From: Cyanobacteria bacterium J06626_18
Lineage (GTDB): Bacteria; Cyanobacteriota; Cyanobacteriia; Phormidesmidales; Phormidesmidaceae
NCBI GenBank assembly: GCA_038523735.1
Contig: JBCBJE010000001.1
Location: 1-27,620, forward strand
Reading direction: 5' to 3'
DNA length: 27,620 nt
In this document: positions 1 through 8,818 of the stretch, in pieces
How the letters are laid out: each line of letters opens with the position of its first letter
Position numbering within the stretch: the first letter of the stretch is position 1
Translations under genes and position numbers: made by a program
The notes under the pieces: model-generated
Databases searched by the model: none
What the model was told of the DNA's origin: nothing
What the model saw: the letters and a program-made list of their open reading frames with translations, nothing else

Positions 1-508
1 AATAATCCGTGTTCAAGCGCTGCAGAGATCGTTCCAATTCGCGCCAAGCGCCGTCGCGATCGCGGGCTGCGGTTTTACTGGCAATAAAGAGGCCATCCCG
101 ATAGGGGGGCAAGACGCGCCCCAAATTTTCTTCACTGGGGCCATAGCTGGCGGCTGTGTCAAAGTATCGAATGCCTAGCTGCAAGGCACCTTCAATCAGG
201 GTTTGCGCCGCGTCTTCGTGGCCTGCTTTGGACAACGGGGTACGGCCTGCTCCACCCAGTCCAAAAATTGGAAATTCGAGGCCGGTATTCCCCAGCAGCC
301 GGGTGGGGATTGCATCGGCTGCTGAAGCTAGTTGCGTATCTGGAGCTGACTCCACCTCAGGAACTGGCTGAAGCGCTGGCGCTGTTGGCGTCGGTTCTGT
401 CAAAGCGTCCGGTTGTTGGGTCCGCCCTAATACTTGAGCGCTAACCACTCCCCCGGCAACCGCAGCGCCAGTCAGGAGGAAAGTCCGTCGCGTACTTTTG
501 TTAGTCAT
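1..508 (-). CDS. Aldo/keto reductase with N-terminal twin-arginine (Tat) signal; 3' end lies outside the window
   Basis: Absent from the ORF track; translated by hand from ATG at 508: MTNKSTRRTFLLTGAAVAGGVVSAQ, Pro-rich linker, then IPTRLLGNTGLEFPIFGLGG...LGIRYFDTAASYGPSEENLG...LFIASKT...RELERSLQRLNTDY. Open to base 1; these are typical AKR motifs. Confidence 0.9.
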   Translation of the reverse strand, partial: MTNKSTRRTFLLTGAAVAGGVVSAQVLGRTQQPDALTEPTPTAPALQPVPEVESAPDTQLASAADAIPTRLLGNTGLEFPIFGLGGAGRTPLSKAGHEDAAQTLIEGALQLGIRYFDTAASYGPSEENLGRVLPPYRDGLFIASKTAARDRDGAWRELERSLQRLNTDY

Positions 509-568
509 GGGTTCCTCGGTGGTGCGATCGCTAGAAACATCAACAAAGCGTTAACTTGCCTCCATCGT

Positions 569-598
569 AAAACAAGCACCCAGGCAGCTGGGTGCTTG
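569..598 (-). terminator. Intrinsic terminator of the ferritin-like gene
   Basis: Perfect 11-bp stem CAAGCACCCAG/CTGGGTGCTTG (573-583/588-598) with a 4-nt loop, followed by TTTT on the minus strand, 23 nt past the stop at 622. Confidence 0.75.
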
Positions 599-621
599 AA
601 CGAATGATGCTGGCTAAAGTT

Positions 622-1401
622 TTAAGCGGCAGGTACCATGACGGCTGCTTCAGCACTATCGATAGTGGTTTCGCTCTCAATACCGCTGTCGCCAACGCGA
701 TCTTGGGCCATCGTTCGCATCTGACCGCGACGCTGAATCATGCTGCCCACCATCGCTATCAAGGCGTCGACTTTGCGCGATCGCCATGCGTTGATCAGAG
801 CCTCGGTTGTCAGATAGCCATAGCGCCGTAGCATGGCTTCTTTCAGGTAGCTAGCGTGACCATCTTCGTCGTCAGCCACGCTAAAAATGCCCGCCTGAAT
901 TTTCTCCATGTTAGGCACGCCATCCAGAACCCGTGCCATGCGACGAAAGTCGCCCGCCGCATCGGCTTCCAGAATGTAGGTGCTGGCCAGAAATACCGGC
1001 CATTCAATGACGTCGGCCTTGAGGTCAGCTTGGCTGTAGCCCTTGTAGTAATTGGTAAAAAACGGGCTGTCGTGGTCCTTGGACTCAGACGCTTCAGCCG
1101 CCTCAGCTGCCTTCTTAAAATCGATAACTTCTTTGTTGAGCTGCTTGAGGGCGTTGGCGAAAATTTGACCATGACGGCGCTCGTCGTTGGCATGCTTGGT
1201 CAGCTTGGCCGCTAGCCACAGGTCACCTTCAGCTTCGGCGCGATCGCGCAACTTGGTCAAAAACGGTACGGAACCCGATTCGGCCAAGTAAAAACCTGCC
1301 AACACATTTGGACGAGTCTTGGCATCACGGAGTTGACTGGCTAGCAGATAAGCAGTGGCTCCTGAGCCAATCAGATGCAGGATTGGAGTGAATGGATTCA
1401 T
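622..1401 (-). CDS. Ferritin-like (four-helix diiron carboxylate) domain protein
   Basis: Paired E...ExxH motifs: YLAESG / NDERRH and ILEAD / DDEDGH. Preferred start is MNPFTP at 1401; the ORF track extends to 1443. Confidence 0.75.
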   Translation of the reverse strand: MNPFTPILHLIGSGATAYLLASQLRDAKTRPNVLAGFYLAESGSVPFLTKLRDRAEAEGDLWLAAKLTKHANDERRHGQIFANALKQLNKEVIDFKKAAEAAEASESKDHDSPFFTNYYKGYSQADLKADVIEWPVFLASTYILEADAAGDFRRMARVLDGVPNMEKIQAGIFSVADDEDGHASYLKEAMLRRYGYLTTEALINAWRSRKVDALIAMVGSMIQRRGQMRTMAQDRVGDSGIESETTIDSAEAAVMVPAA

Positions 1402-1643
1402 GAGTACTTGAGGAGCAATCAGTGTGCAATCGTAGCTTTGCATGCAGGAAAAATGAGGAAAAAGCCTGCAGACTTACCTTGTAGTGTAATGAAATTCTCT
1501 CTAGAGAGTTCTTAGATCCAAGGGTTTTCTGAGAAACCGATCTGGTCTTTGAAGACCCCTCGGATCTGACGGCGGATATCCCTACTGGGCGCATTTCGGC
1601 CCCAATCGGCACGATCGCACCTATCCCTCCTCACCTCATACTT

Positions 1644-2669
1644 ATGAAAATCAAGCCCCAACTCATTTCCGAAATTCAGCCGTCACCGAATTCACAGCCT
1701 TCTAAAGAATCAGAAAGTCGTGATGAGTCACTGCTCGATGCCTATTCGCGAGCCGTCACCAGCGTCGTGGACACCGTCAGCCCAGCTGTGGTGAATATCG
1801 AAGTAAGGCGCTTGCGCCTCAGAGCTGACATGCGGCGCCCGCTCGAAGTTGCTGGCAATGGTTCAGGATTCATCTTTACGCCGGATGGCTACATTCTCAC
1901 CAACAGCCATGTCGTCCATAACACCGATGTTATCGAAGTTACGCTGGCGGATGGGCAGCAACACAAAGCCGAATTGATTGGCGATGATCCCGAGACGGAC
2001 TTAGCGATTATCCGCATTCCAGGATCTAACTTCACCGCTGCCGAACTGGGGGATTCCAGTTCATTGCGAGCGGGGCAACTCGTGATTGCGATTGGCAATC
2101 CCCTAGGCTTTCAATGCACGGTGACGGCTGGCGTGGTGAGTGCCTTGGGGCGGGCATTTCGCTCCAAAACAGGGCGGCTAATCGACAATGTGATTCAGAC
2201 CGACGCAGCGTTGAACCCCGGCAATTCGGGTGGACCGCTGGTGAACTCGCACGGGCAGGTGATTGGGGTCAATACGGCTGTCATTCAGGCGGCTCAGGGC
2301 ATCTGCTTCGCGACGCCGATCAACACCGCCAAACACATCATTCGTCCCTTGATGCAGATGGGGCGCGTGCGGCGAGCTCGCATGGGGCTGGCAGGGCAAA
2401 CGGTGCCTTTACCCCAGCGTTTGGTCCGGGAGCATCAGCTAGCCGCCGATAGCGGCGTGTTGGTGACGTGGCTTGATTCGGGGAGTCCGGCGCAGACAGC
2501 GGGTATTCGCGAACGAGATGTGATGGTGGCTTTCGACGGGGAAGCTATCAGCAGCGTAGATGACCTGCATCGGTTGCTGACGGAGGACTGCATTGGGGTG
2601 CGATCGCGCCTAACCATTCTCCGTCGGGGCCAGCACCTCGATCTCACGGTTGTTCCAACGGAATCCTAA
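1644..2669 (+). CDS. Trypsin-like serine protease with one PDZ domain (HtrA/Deg family)
   Basis: GSGFI, TNSHVV (His), ETDLA (Asp), IAIGNPLG, IQTDAALNPGNSGGP (Ser); C-terminal PDZ (SPAQTAGIRERDVMV). Confidence 0.93.
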   Translation: MKIKPQLISEIQPSPNSQPSKESESRDESLLDAYSRAVTSVVDTVSPAVVNIEVRRLRLRADMRRPLEVAGNGSGFIFTPDGYILTNSHVVHNTDVIEVTLADGQQHKAELIGDDPETDLAIIRIPGSNFTAAELGDSSSLRAGQLVIAIGNPLGFQCTVTAGVVSALGRAFRSKTGRLIDNVIQTDAALNPGNSGGPLVNSHGQVIGVNTAVIQAAQGICFATPINTAKHIIRPLMQMGRVRRARMGLAGQTVPLPQRLVREHQLAADSGVLVTWLDSGSPAQTAGIRERDVMVAFDGEAISSVDDLHRLLTEDCIGVRSRLTILRRGQHLDLTVVPTES

Positions 2670-5011
2670 TCCACTTCGCTAACCCGGTGGAGCGATAGCA
2701 CGTCTGTCATCTTGCGAATTTGGTTGAAGGTTTGTTCCAGATGGGCATGGCCACGGACATCTAGGCCCAAATCAATCTCAGCCGTTTGGCCGGGGAAGGT
2801 TTTAACCTGCGCCTTGTGGACATTGATTTGTAAATCGGAAAGATGACTGAGGATATCTTTCAGGACACCGACTCGGTCAATGACTTCGATACGGACCTGA
2901 ACCGGATAAGTTGACGGGCGCTTGGTAGAAGCTTCGCCTGAGTTCCAACTGACGGGAATTAGGCGATCGCCCGGAATCCGTTCCACATTCGGACAGCGTT
3001 GACGATGAATGACAATGCCCCGAGAGCCCATCGATACCGCACCAATGATGGCTTCTCCGGGCAGGGGATGGCAGCAACCTGCCATGTGATGCAAGAGCCC
3101 CTCAACCCCCACAATCGGATCACTGGAAGCAGAAGTCAGAGATCGCGGTGGGCTCGTGACCACCTCCGTCAGCAATGTTTCCGTATCGTCGTCGTGGGTT
3201 GCGGCAGTCGTCTCAATCGGCTGCTGAGCTTTCACAGCATCCCGTAAACGGTTTACCACCAGATTCAAGGTAACTTCGCCATAGCCCAGACCCGCCAGTA
3301 AATCTTCTACGGTGGGGTAGTTACAGCGTTCGGCAGCAATTTTGGCTGGCTCCGACTTGAGCATCGCATCTAAGCCACTTTTGCCCATGGCCTTTTCCAG
3401 CAGATCACGACCCCGGGCCATATTCTCGTCACGGTGCGATCGCTTGTACCATTGGCGAATGCGATTGCGTGCTCCAGCGGTAACCACATAGTTCAGCCAG
3501 TCCAAACTGGGGTGACTGTTCTTTTGCGTAATAATTTCAACGATGTCACCGTTCTGCAATTCCGTATCCAGCGTGACGATACGTTCATTCACCAAGGCAC
3601 CAGCACAGTGATTGCCCACCTCTGTATGAATGCGATAAGCAAAATCAATTGGCGTCGCGCCCCGCGTCAAAGAAATCACATCGCCATCGGGTGTAAAAAC
3701 GTACACATCTTCGTCAAAAAGATTGCCCTTAATGTCATCCATGATTTCGTGGGCATCTTTAAGGTCACTCTGCCACTCCAAAAGCTGACGGAGCCAGGTG
3801 AACTTTTCATCATCAGCGGTAACCAGCGTGTTGCTGGCCCCCCCCGACTCTTTGTATTTCCAGTGGGCTGCGATGCCATACTCCGCAACGTGATGCATTT
3901 CGAGGGTCCGAATTTGCACCTCAATGGGGCGACCGTGACTGCCAATCACGACCGTGTGTAGCGACTGATAGCGGTTGGATTTGGGCAAGCCAATGTAGTC
4001 CTTAAACCTGCCTGGAATAGGGCGATAGGCATCATGGACGATCGCTAATGCTCGGTAGCAGTCTTCGTTAGCGCTAACAATGAGTCGAATCGCCGCCACA
4101 TCATAGATTTCGTGGAAGCGTTTTTGTTGACGCTCCATTTTCTGATAGATGCCATAGAGGTGCTTGGGACGACTGCTGACATCTTCAATCCCAATTCCCG
4201 CCTGCTCTAGGCGTTCTTGCAACATGGTTGCTACCTGCTGTAAACGGGTTTCCCGATCAGCCCGTTTCTCCGTGACATAGGTCTGCATTTGGCGGTAGGC
4301 ATTGGGCTCTAAATACTTGAAGCACAGGTCCTCAAGTTCCCATTTGAAGCGACCGATCCCCAAGCGATTTGCCAAAGGAGCAAAGATTTCGAGGGTCTCT
4401 TGGGCAATACGGCGACGTTTGGCATCATTCAAATGCTCCAGGGTCCGCATGTTGTGCAGGCGATCAGCCAGTTTCACCACAATGACGCGGATGTCCTGCG
4501 CCATGGCAATAAACATGCGACGAAAGTTTTCGGCTTGACGCTCCGTTTTGCTATGGAAATTGAACTTAGAAAGTTTGGTAACCCCTTCCACCAATTGCCG
4601 AACCTCGGCCCCAAAATTGGCTTCGATTTCCTCCGAGGTGACTTCCGTATCTTCTACCACATCATGAAGAAAGCCCGCCGCAATCATGGCGCTGTCGCCT
4701 CCAAGATCGCGCAACAGGCCAGCTACGGCTACCGGATGACAGATGTAAGGTTCGCCAGAGGCACGTTTTTGTCCCTGATGCAGGGTGTAAGCAAACTGAA
4801 ATGCCCGTCGCACCAAGGGACAGTTAGACTTTTCAAATTTGGTCGTGTCGCACTCTGAAGCCATGACCCCATCGGCTCCGCTTTTGACATGCCCGTTCTT
4901 ATTATGTCCGTTGCGTCCGTTGGTCGGTGTCGATACCTCTAGCAGACAGTCCGCTAGCCAGTCAGGTAGAGTTACGTCGGTGGGAAGGGGGGAAGTCATC
5001 AGCATGGGCAT
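2666..5011 (-). CDS. relA: Bifunctional (p)ppGpp synthetase/hydrolase (long RelA/SpoT homolog)
   Basis: HD domain (HQGQKRASGEPYICHP, LHDVVED), KLADRLHNMRTL, synthetase RFKDYI..PK.N.YQSLHT, EVQIRT, TGS domain (TPIDFAYRIHTEVG), CC zinc motif (HMAGCCHPLPGE), ACT domain. Start uncertain (ATG at 5011, 5005 or 4999). Confidence 0.96.
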   Translation of the reverse strand: MPMLMTSPLPTDVTLPDWLADCLLEVSTPTNGRNGHNKNGHVKSGADGVMASECDTTKFEKSNCPLVRRAFQFAYTLHQGQKRASGEPYICHPVAVAGLLRDLGGDSAMIAAGFLHDVVEDTEVTSEEIEANFGAEVRQLVEGVTKLSKFNFHSKTERQAENFRRMFIAMAQDIRVIVVKLADRLHNMRTLEHLNDAKRRRIAQETLEIFAPLANRLGIGRFKWELEDLCFKYLEPNAYRQMQTYVTEKRADRETRLQQVATMLQERLEQAGIGIEDVSSRPKHLYGIYQKMERQQKRFHEIYDVAAIRLIVSANEDCYRALAIVHDAYRPIPGRFKDYIGLPKSNRYQSLHTVVIGSHGRPIEVQIRTLEMHHVAEYGIAAHWKYKESGGASNTLVTADDEKFTWLRQLLEWQSDLKDAHEIMDDIKGNLFDEDVYVFTPDGDVISLTRGATPIDFAYRIHTEVGNHCAGALVNERIVTLDTELQNGDIVEIITQKNSHPSLDWLNYVVTAGARNRIRQWYKRSHRDENMARGRDLLEKAMGKSGLDAMLKSEPAKIAAERCNYPTVEDLLAGLGYGEVTLNLVVNRLRDAVKAQQPIETTAATHDDDTETLLTEVVTSPPRSLTSASSDPIVGVEGLLHHMAGCCHPLPGEAIIGAVSMGSRGIVIHRQRCPNVERIPGDRLIPVSWNSGEASTKRPSTYPVQVRIEVIDRVGVLKDILSHLSDLQINVHKAQVKTFPGQTAEIDLGLDVRGHAHLEQTFNQIRKMTDVLSLHRVSEVD

Positions 5012-5676
5012 CACAGGGGATAGACGATACAACGATTTGGCTGCTAGTGGAAGACCAGCAAGTAACCCAGGAACCTGTCCCACAAAATGGGGACCAAACA
5101 TTGAAGCAGACTACCGCTCCTGCAAAAAACGGCTGCTGACTAGGCTTAGAAGGCTTCAGTATAGGGGTATAGAACCCACCCAATAGTGGAGTAGGCGCTA
5201 ATGGCAGACAGATTAGGTATAAGACCAGGCTTGACTTCCAAGAAACCGCAGGAAGAGAGACCTCCGGGAAATTACCCGTAAGCGTTACGGTTTTATTTAA
5301 TAACTATTCTATAGAATGTTATTCACAAAACAAAACATTGGAGTCATTCCATAGGTAGAGAGCGCACATGAAGGGGGCAAATCGCTGTGGCTTCCTCTTG
5401 TGGGAAACCCTAATCGCAGACCTCAGGCTACTGTACGTTCTGTCGTAGTCGCTTCACCAACTCTTTGCAGAGTGTTTTGGCCACGCAAGCCTCTGCTGGC
5501 AAGTCTGTAGGATCGCTCTTCGCGTCGACATAACTTGTATTACAAGGTGTTTAGGCTCTGGAAGCTTTGTTTCTGTTGGTAGAGACGGCCTATTTTTAGT
5601 TAGATCCACCTTAATGGGAAATTTACGCTACTGGTGATGATTGTACGAGGAGGGAGAGTACTCGTTTACAGGTTGA

Positions 5677-5745
5677 GGGGTGTCGGTAGTCGGTAATCGG
5701 GAGGTGATCGTTGGCGACTTCCCATTGCCCGTTACCCCATCCACT
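5677..5745. repeat. Imperfect inverted heptamer (STRR-like) array downstream of the SulP gene
   Basis: GGTAGTC GGTAATC GGGAG followed by the roughly complementary CTTCCCATTGCCCGTTACCCC. Confidence 0.55.
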
Positions 5746-5761
5746 CTTTGACTCCATTCGA

Positions 5762-7471
5762 TCAAATATCACTCCCGGTAGGCATTGTCGCTACAGCATC
5801 ATCTACCGGAGCATACTCGCGGAGCAGTTTGACGGCTTTTTGCAGCGCTTCTAATCTTTGCGAAACCTTATGGGTGGGTGGGAGATGCCGCATAATATCC
5901 AAGCATAAAAGTCGGCGTTGAACTTGACCAAACGCACCAACGAGAAAGACCTGTCGCTTCTTCGCCAACGCGTCTTTGAGCATCGTCTCGATCGCGAGCA
6001 GAGCCGTTATGCCTAGCCTCGGAACACTCGTCAGGTCCAGAATCAGAATTTCGTAGTTCTCGACGATCGCGAGTTGGCGCGAAATAGCTTTGGCCGCCCC
6101 AAAGCTCATTGGTCCACTCAAACGGAACATCAAAATGCGACCTTTGGCTGCTTTCAAAAGCGATCGCTCTTCAGGGGTGAGCCAGTTTTCATTATCACCT
6201 TGGGTTACAGCCCGCATGTTTTCGACTTGCAGGTCGGTCAAGCTTTTGATCGTTAGAAGGTTGGCGACAAATACGCCTACCGCGACGGCGGTAATCAAAT
6301 CAACAAACACCGTCAGGCCCAGAACCAAGTACATCAGCCCGGCTCCTTTGGTGGAGAGTCGATGCGCTCGTTTTAAGAAACCCCAGTCGATAATATCGAT
6401 CCCAACTTTAATCAAAATACCTGCCAGCACCGCCCGTGGAATAGGCTCAGTCAGCGCGCCGGCCCCTAATACAACAACCGTCAGAACGGTCGCATGAATC
6501 ATGCCAGACAGGGGCGTTCGACCACCGGATTGAACATTAATGACTGTTCGCATAGTGGCTCCAGCACCTGGTAAGCCCCACAACATTCCGGAAATGAGAT
6601 TGCCGATGCCTTGACCAATCAGCTCTCGATCAGAGTTGTGCTGGGTGCGGGTGAGATTGTCAGCTACCAGTGAAGTCAGCAAAGAATCCAGGGCGCCCAA
6701 AACCGCTAGCATGAGGCTGTAACCCAAAACATCTCTAAGGCTGGCCCAATTAAGGTAAGGGAGATGTAAGCTTGGTAGCCCCGAAGGAATGTCGCCAATT
6801 CGAGGAATATTGCTGTCGGGAAACGCCCATATTGATAGTAGTGTCCCGACCACCAGCGCAATGAGCGGAGCCGGCAAGATCCGATTCAAACGCGGAGGGG
6901 CCGCAAAGACAATCACCAGGGTCAATAGTCCTAAGCCGGTTGCCACTGGGTCCATATCCCGCAAGACAGCGGGGATGCCAAGGGCCGCATCCAACACTTT
7001 CGCGGTTTCCTGATGGCCAAAAAAGGGCGCAATCTGAATCAGTAAGATGATGACCCCAATACCTGACATGAAGCCAGAAATCACGGTGTAGGGGATTAGG
7101 GTAATGTACTTGCCCAAACGTAGGAGGCCAATCACGATTTGGAACAGGCCCCCGAGCATCACCACTGTAAATGCCAGGGCTAGCCCTGTATCGGGATATT
7201 TAGCTGCTAACGAGGTGAAGACTGAAGCCATGACCACCGTCATCGGCCCCGTCGGCCCTGATACCTGTGCCGGGGTACCGCCAAACAGGGCAGCAAAAAA
7301 GCCCACGCTCATGGCACCATATAGCCCGGCGATCGGCCCCGCACCCGAAGCCACGCCAAACGCTAGGGCTAAGGGCAAGGCGACAACTGCTGCCGTGATT
7401 CCCCCAAAGAAATCGCCTCGCAGATTGTCTGATCGAAAGCCGTGAACCAAACCCTTTGGAAAAGTGGTCAT
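5762..7471 (-). CDS. SulP/SLC26 family anion transporter with STAS domain (BicA-like)
   Basis: GDFFGGITAAVVALPLALAFGVASG, VSGPTGPMTVV, VISGFMSGIG, SLLTSLVAD, ELIGQGIGN, GATMRT; STAS (GPMSFGAA, ILDLTSVP). Preferred start is ATG 7471; the track begins at TTG 7492. Confidence 0.92.
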   Translation of the reverse strand: MTTFPKGLVHGFRSDNLRGDFFGGITAAVVALPLALAFGVASGAGPIAGLYGAMSVGFFAALFGGTPAQVSGPTGPMTVVMASVFTSLAAKYPDTGLALAFTVVMLGGLFQIVIGLLRLGKYITLIPYTVISGFMSGIGVIILLIQIAPFFGHQETAKVLDAALGIPAVLRDMDPVATGLGLLTLVIVFAAPPRLNRILPAPLIALVVGTLLSIWAFPDSNIPRIGDIPSGLPSLHLPYLNWASLRDVLGYSLMLAVLGALDSLLTSLVADNLTRTQHNSDRELIGQGIGNLISGMLWGLPGAGATMRTVINVQSGGRTPLSGMIHATVLTVVVLGAGALTEPIPRAVLAGILIKVGIDIIDWGFLKRAHRLSTKGAGLMYLVLGLTVFVDLITAVAVGVFVANLLTIKSLTDLQVENMRAVTQGDNENWLTPEERSLLKAAKGRILMFRLSGPMSFGAAKAISRQLAIVENYEILILDLTSVPRLGITALLAIETMLKDALAKKRQVFLVGAFGQVQRRLLCLDIMRHLPPTHKVSQRLEALQKAVKLLREYAPVDDAVATMPTGSDI

Positions 7472-8249
7472 GAGTCTGTTCTTTAACCCCAAAAGCGTTA
7501 AATCAGTTAGCAGCAGTGTCTTACATCTCTAGGCCATATCTAAACGGGCTAGAACATAGTGGACATGGACGTCACAAGCGTTACAGCCATAGCGGAACCA
7601 CTCGTAGTTACGATCGCGCTCACTGTGTCCACATCACCTTTGAGTGGCAGACCAAAATAACTGAATCCAATCGGTGCCATGAAAGTAACTATGGGTGCGA
7701 TTGTACCGGTTGCATTCTGTGAGCTTTTACAAAGTTCAGCGTTTTCTTGGACTGTCAAAGTAAATGTTAAATAAAGCAAACATCGTCTGAACTTAGATTG
7801 GAAGCTTTTAAGAGCAAACCAGTAAAAAATATCTGTTAAACGAACAACACACCCTAAAAAGAAGGGAGTTAAAACATCCGACAGAATCAAGCCAGTATGC
7901 ATGGCGGGACTCTCAATTTCATCCGCTTGAGAAGGCTGTAAAGGAAGCCAGCACAGCTTAAATGCAATGCTGAGGAGATGGCTTCAACTGATACGGTGAA
8001 CTTGATAGTACCTCGTTTATGCCTGAGGACTCTCAGTGGGCCGACTAAAAATATCAAGTTTTTCTAACACAACGGCTGTGCCATCGGAGTCGAAAAAACG
8101 GGGGATCGCCTCTCCCGTCAATACACACCCAGCCTGGGAGCATCGGCGAATTTGCATGAGTGCCAAACCATAAGCGGTGGCATCGAGACATTGGCGAACC
8201 GACAGGCTCACTTGAAAAAACCAACGCTCCCTTTCATTTACAGCTGGGA

Positions 8250-8534
8250 TCAGGCTTCGACCACCACACCCCGCCAGAAAGCAAAGTAGCCAGCAATGTT
8301 GCTGGCGGCTGCCTTAGGTTCTAGGTACGTCCAAGCCGCATCGGGATTCACTTGACCTTCCACCTCGACGGTGTAGTAAGAAGCCGTCCCTTTCCACGGA
8401 CAGGTGGTTTTGGTGTCACTGGGTTTGAAATACTCACGATTGAGCGAATCCGGGGGGAAATATTGGTTGCCCTCTACGACTTCACAGCGATCGCTTTCGG
8501 CCAAAACAGTTCCATTCCATGTAGCCTTGGGCAT
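8250..8534 (-). CDS. DUF427 family protein
   Basis: KATWNGTVLAES...VEGNQYFPPDSL...TCPWKGTASYY...DAAWTY.EP...IAGYFAFW; GGAGG RBS upstream of ATG 8534. Confidence 0.88.
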   Translation of the reverse strand: MPKATWNGTVLAESDRCEVVEGNQYFPPDSLNREYFKPSDTKTTCPWKGTASYYTVEVEGQVNPDAAWTYLEPKAAASNIAGYFAFWRGVVVEA

Positions 8535-8818
8535 GACTTTAACCTCCAAACAACAGACTGCCAACAGTTTCAGACACAACGGACTTTAGCGTCGAAGCTC
8601 TCGCATTAACTGTACTCACTGGCAGAGGCAAAAGCTACGCATTCTGGACCGATATTACCGATCCACAGCTGAAACGCTAGACCCTAAAATTGGGATCGCC
8701 GTGGTCATTCTGTATTGTGTCCTGGCTATGTAGGGTGCATCAACCTGGCATCGCTAGGCTTTATGAATAGTTGTGGTCGGATTGACCGCGAACACCCTTA
8801 GCTGAGAGTCTGCCCACC

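Noticed and set aside
509-621. Ferritin-like gene and aldo/keto reductase as one operon
   Set aside because: A strong terminator-like hairpin with a U-tract lies between them.
5012-5101. N-terminal extensions given by the track for relA (also SulP 7492, DUF427 8579, pdhC 11716, ccmM 19857, 23627, 24561)
   Set aside because: Longest-ORF artefacts; homology onset, RBS position or stop/start overlaps support shorter starts.
5762-7471. Assigning the gene symbol bicA
   Set aside because: The substrate-site motif differs from canonical BicA as recalled; a phylogeny is needed.
7549-7902. 117-aa minus-strand ORF upstream of the SulP gene
   Set aside because: No recognisable domain; spans AT-rich promoter-like sequence.
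8017-8211. 64-aa ORF after DUF427 as a listed CDS
   Set aside because: GTG start and no family I can recognise; kept only as a possibility within a finding.
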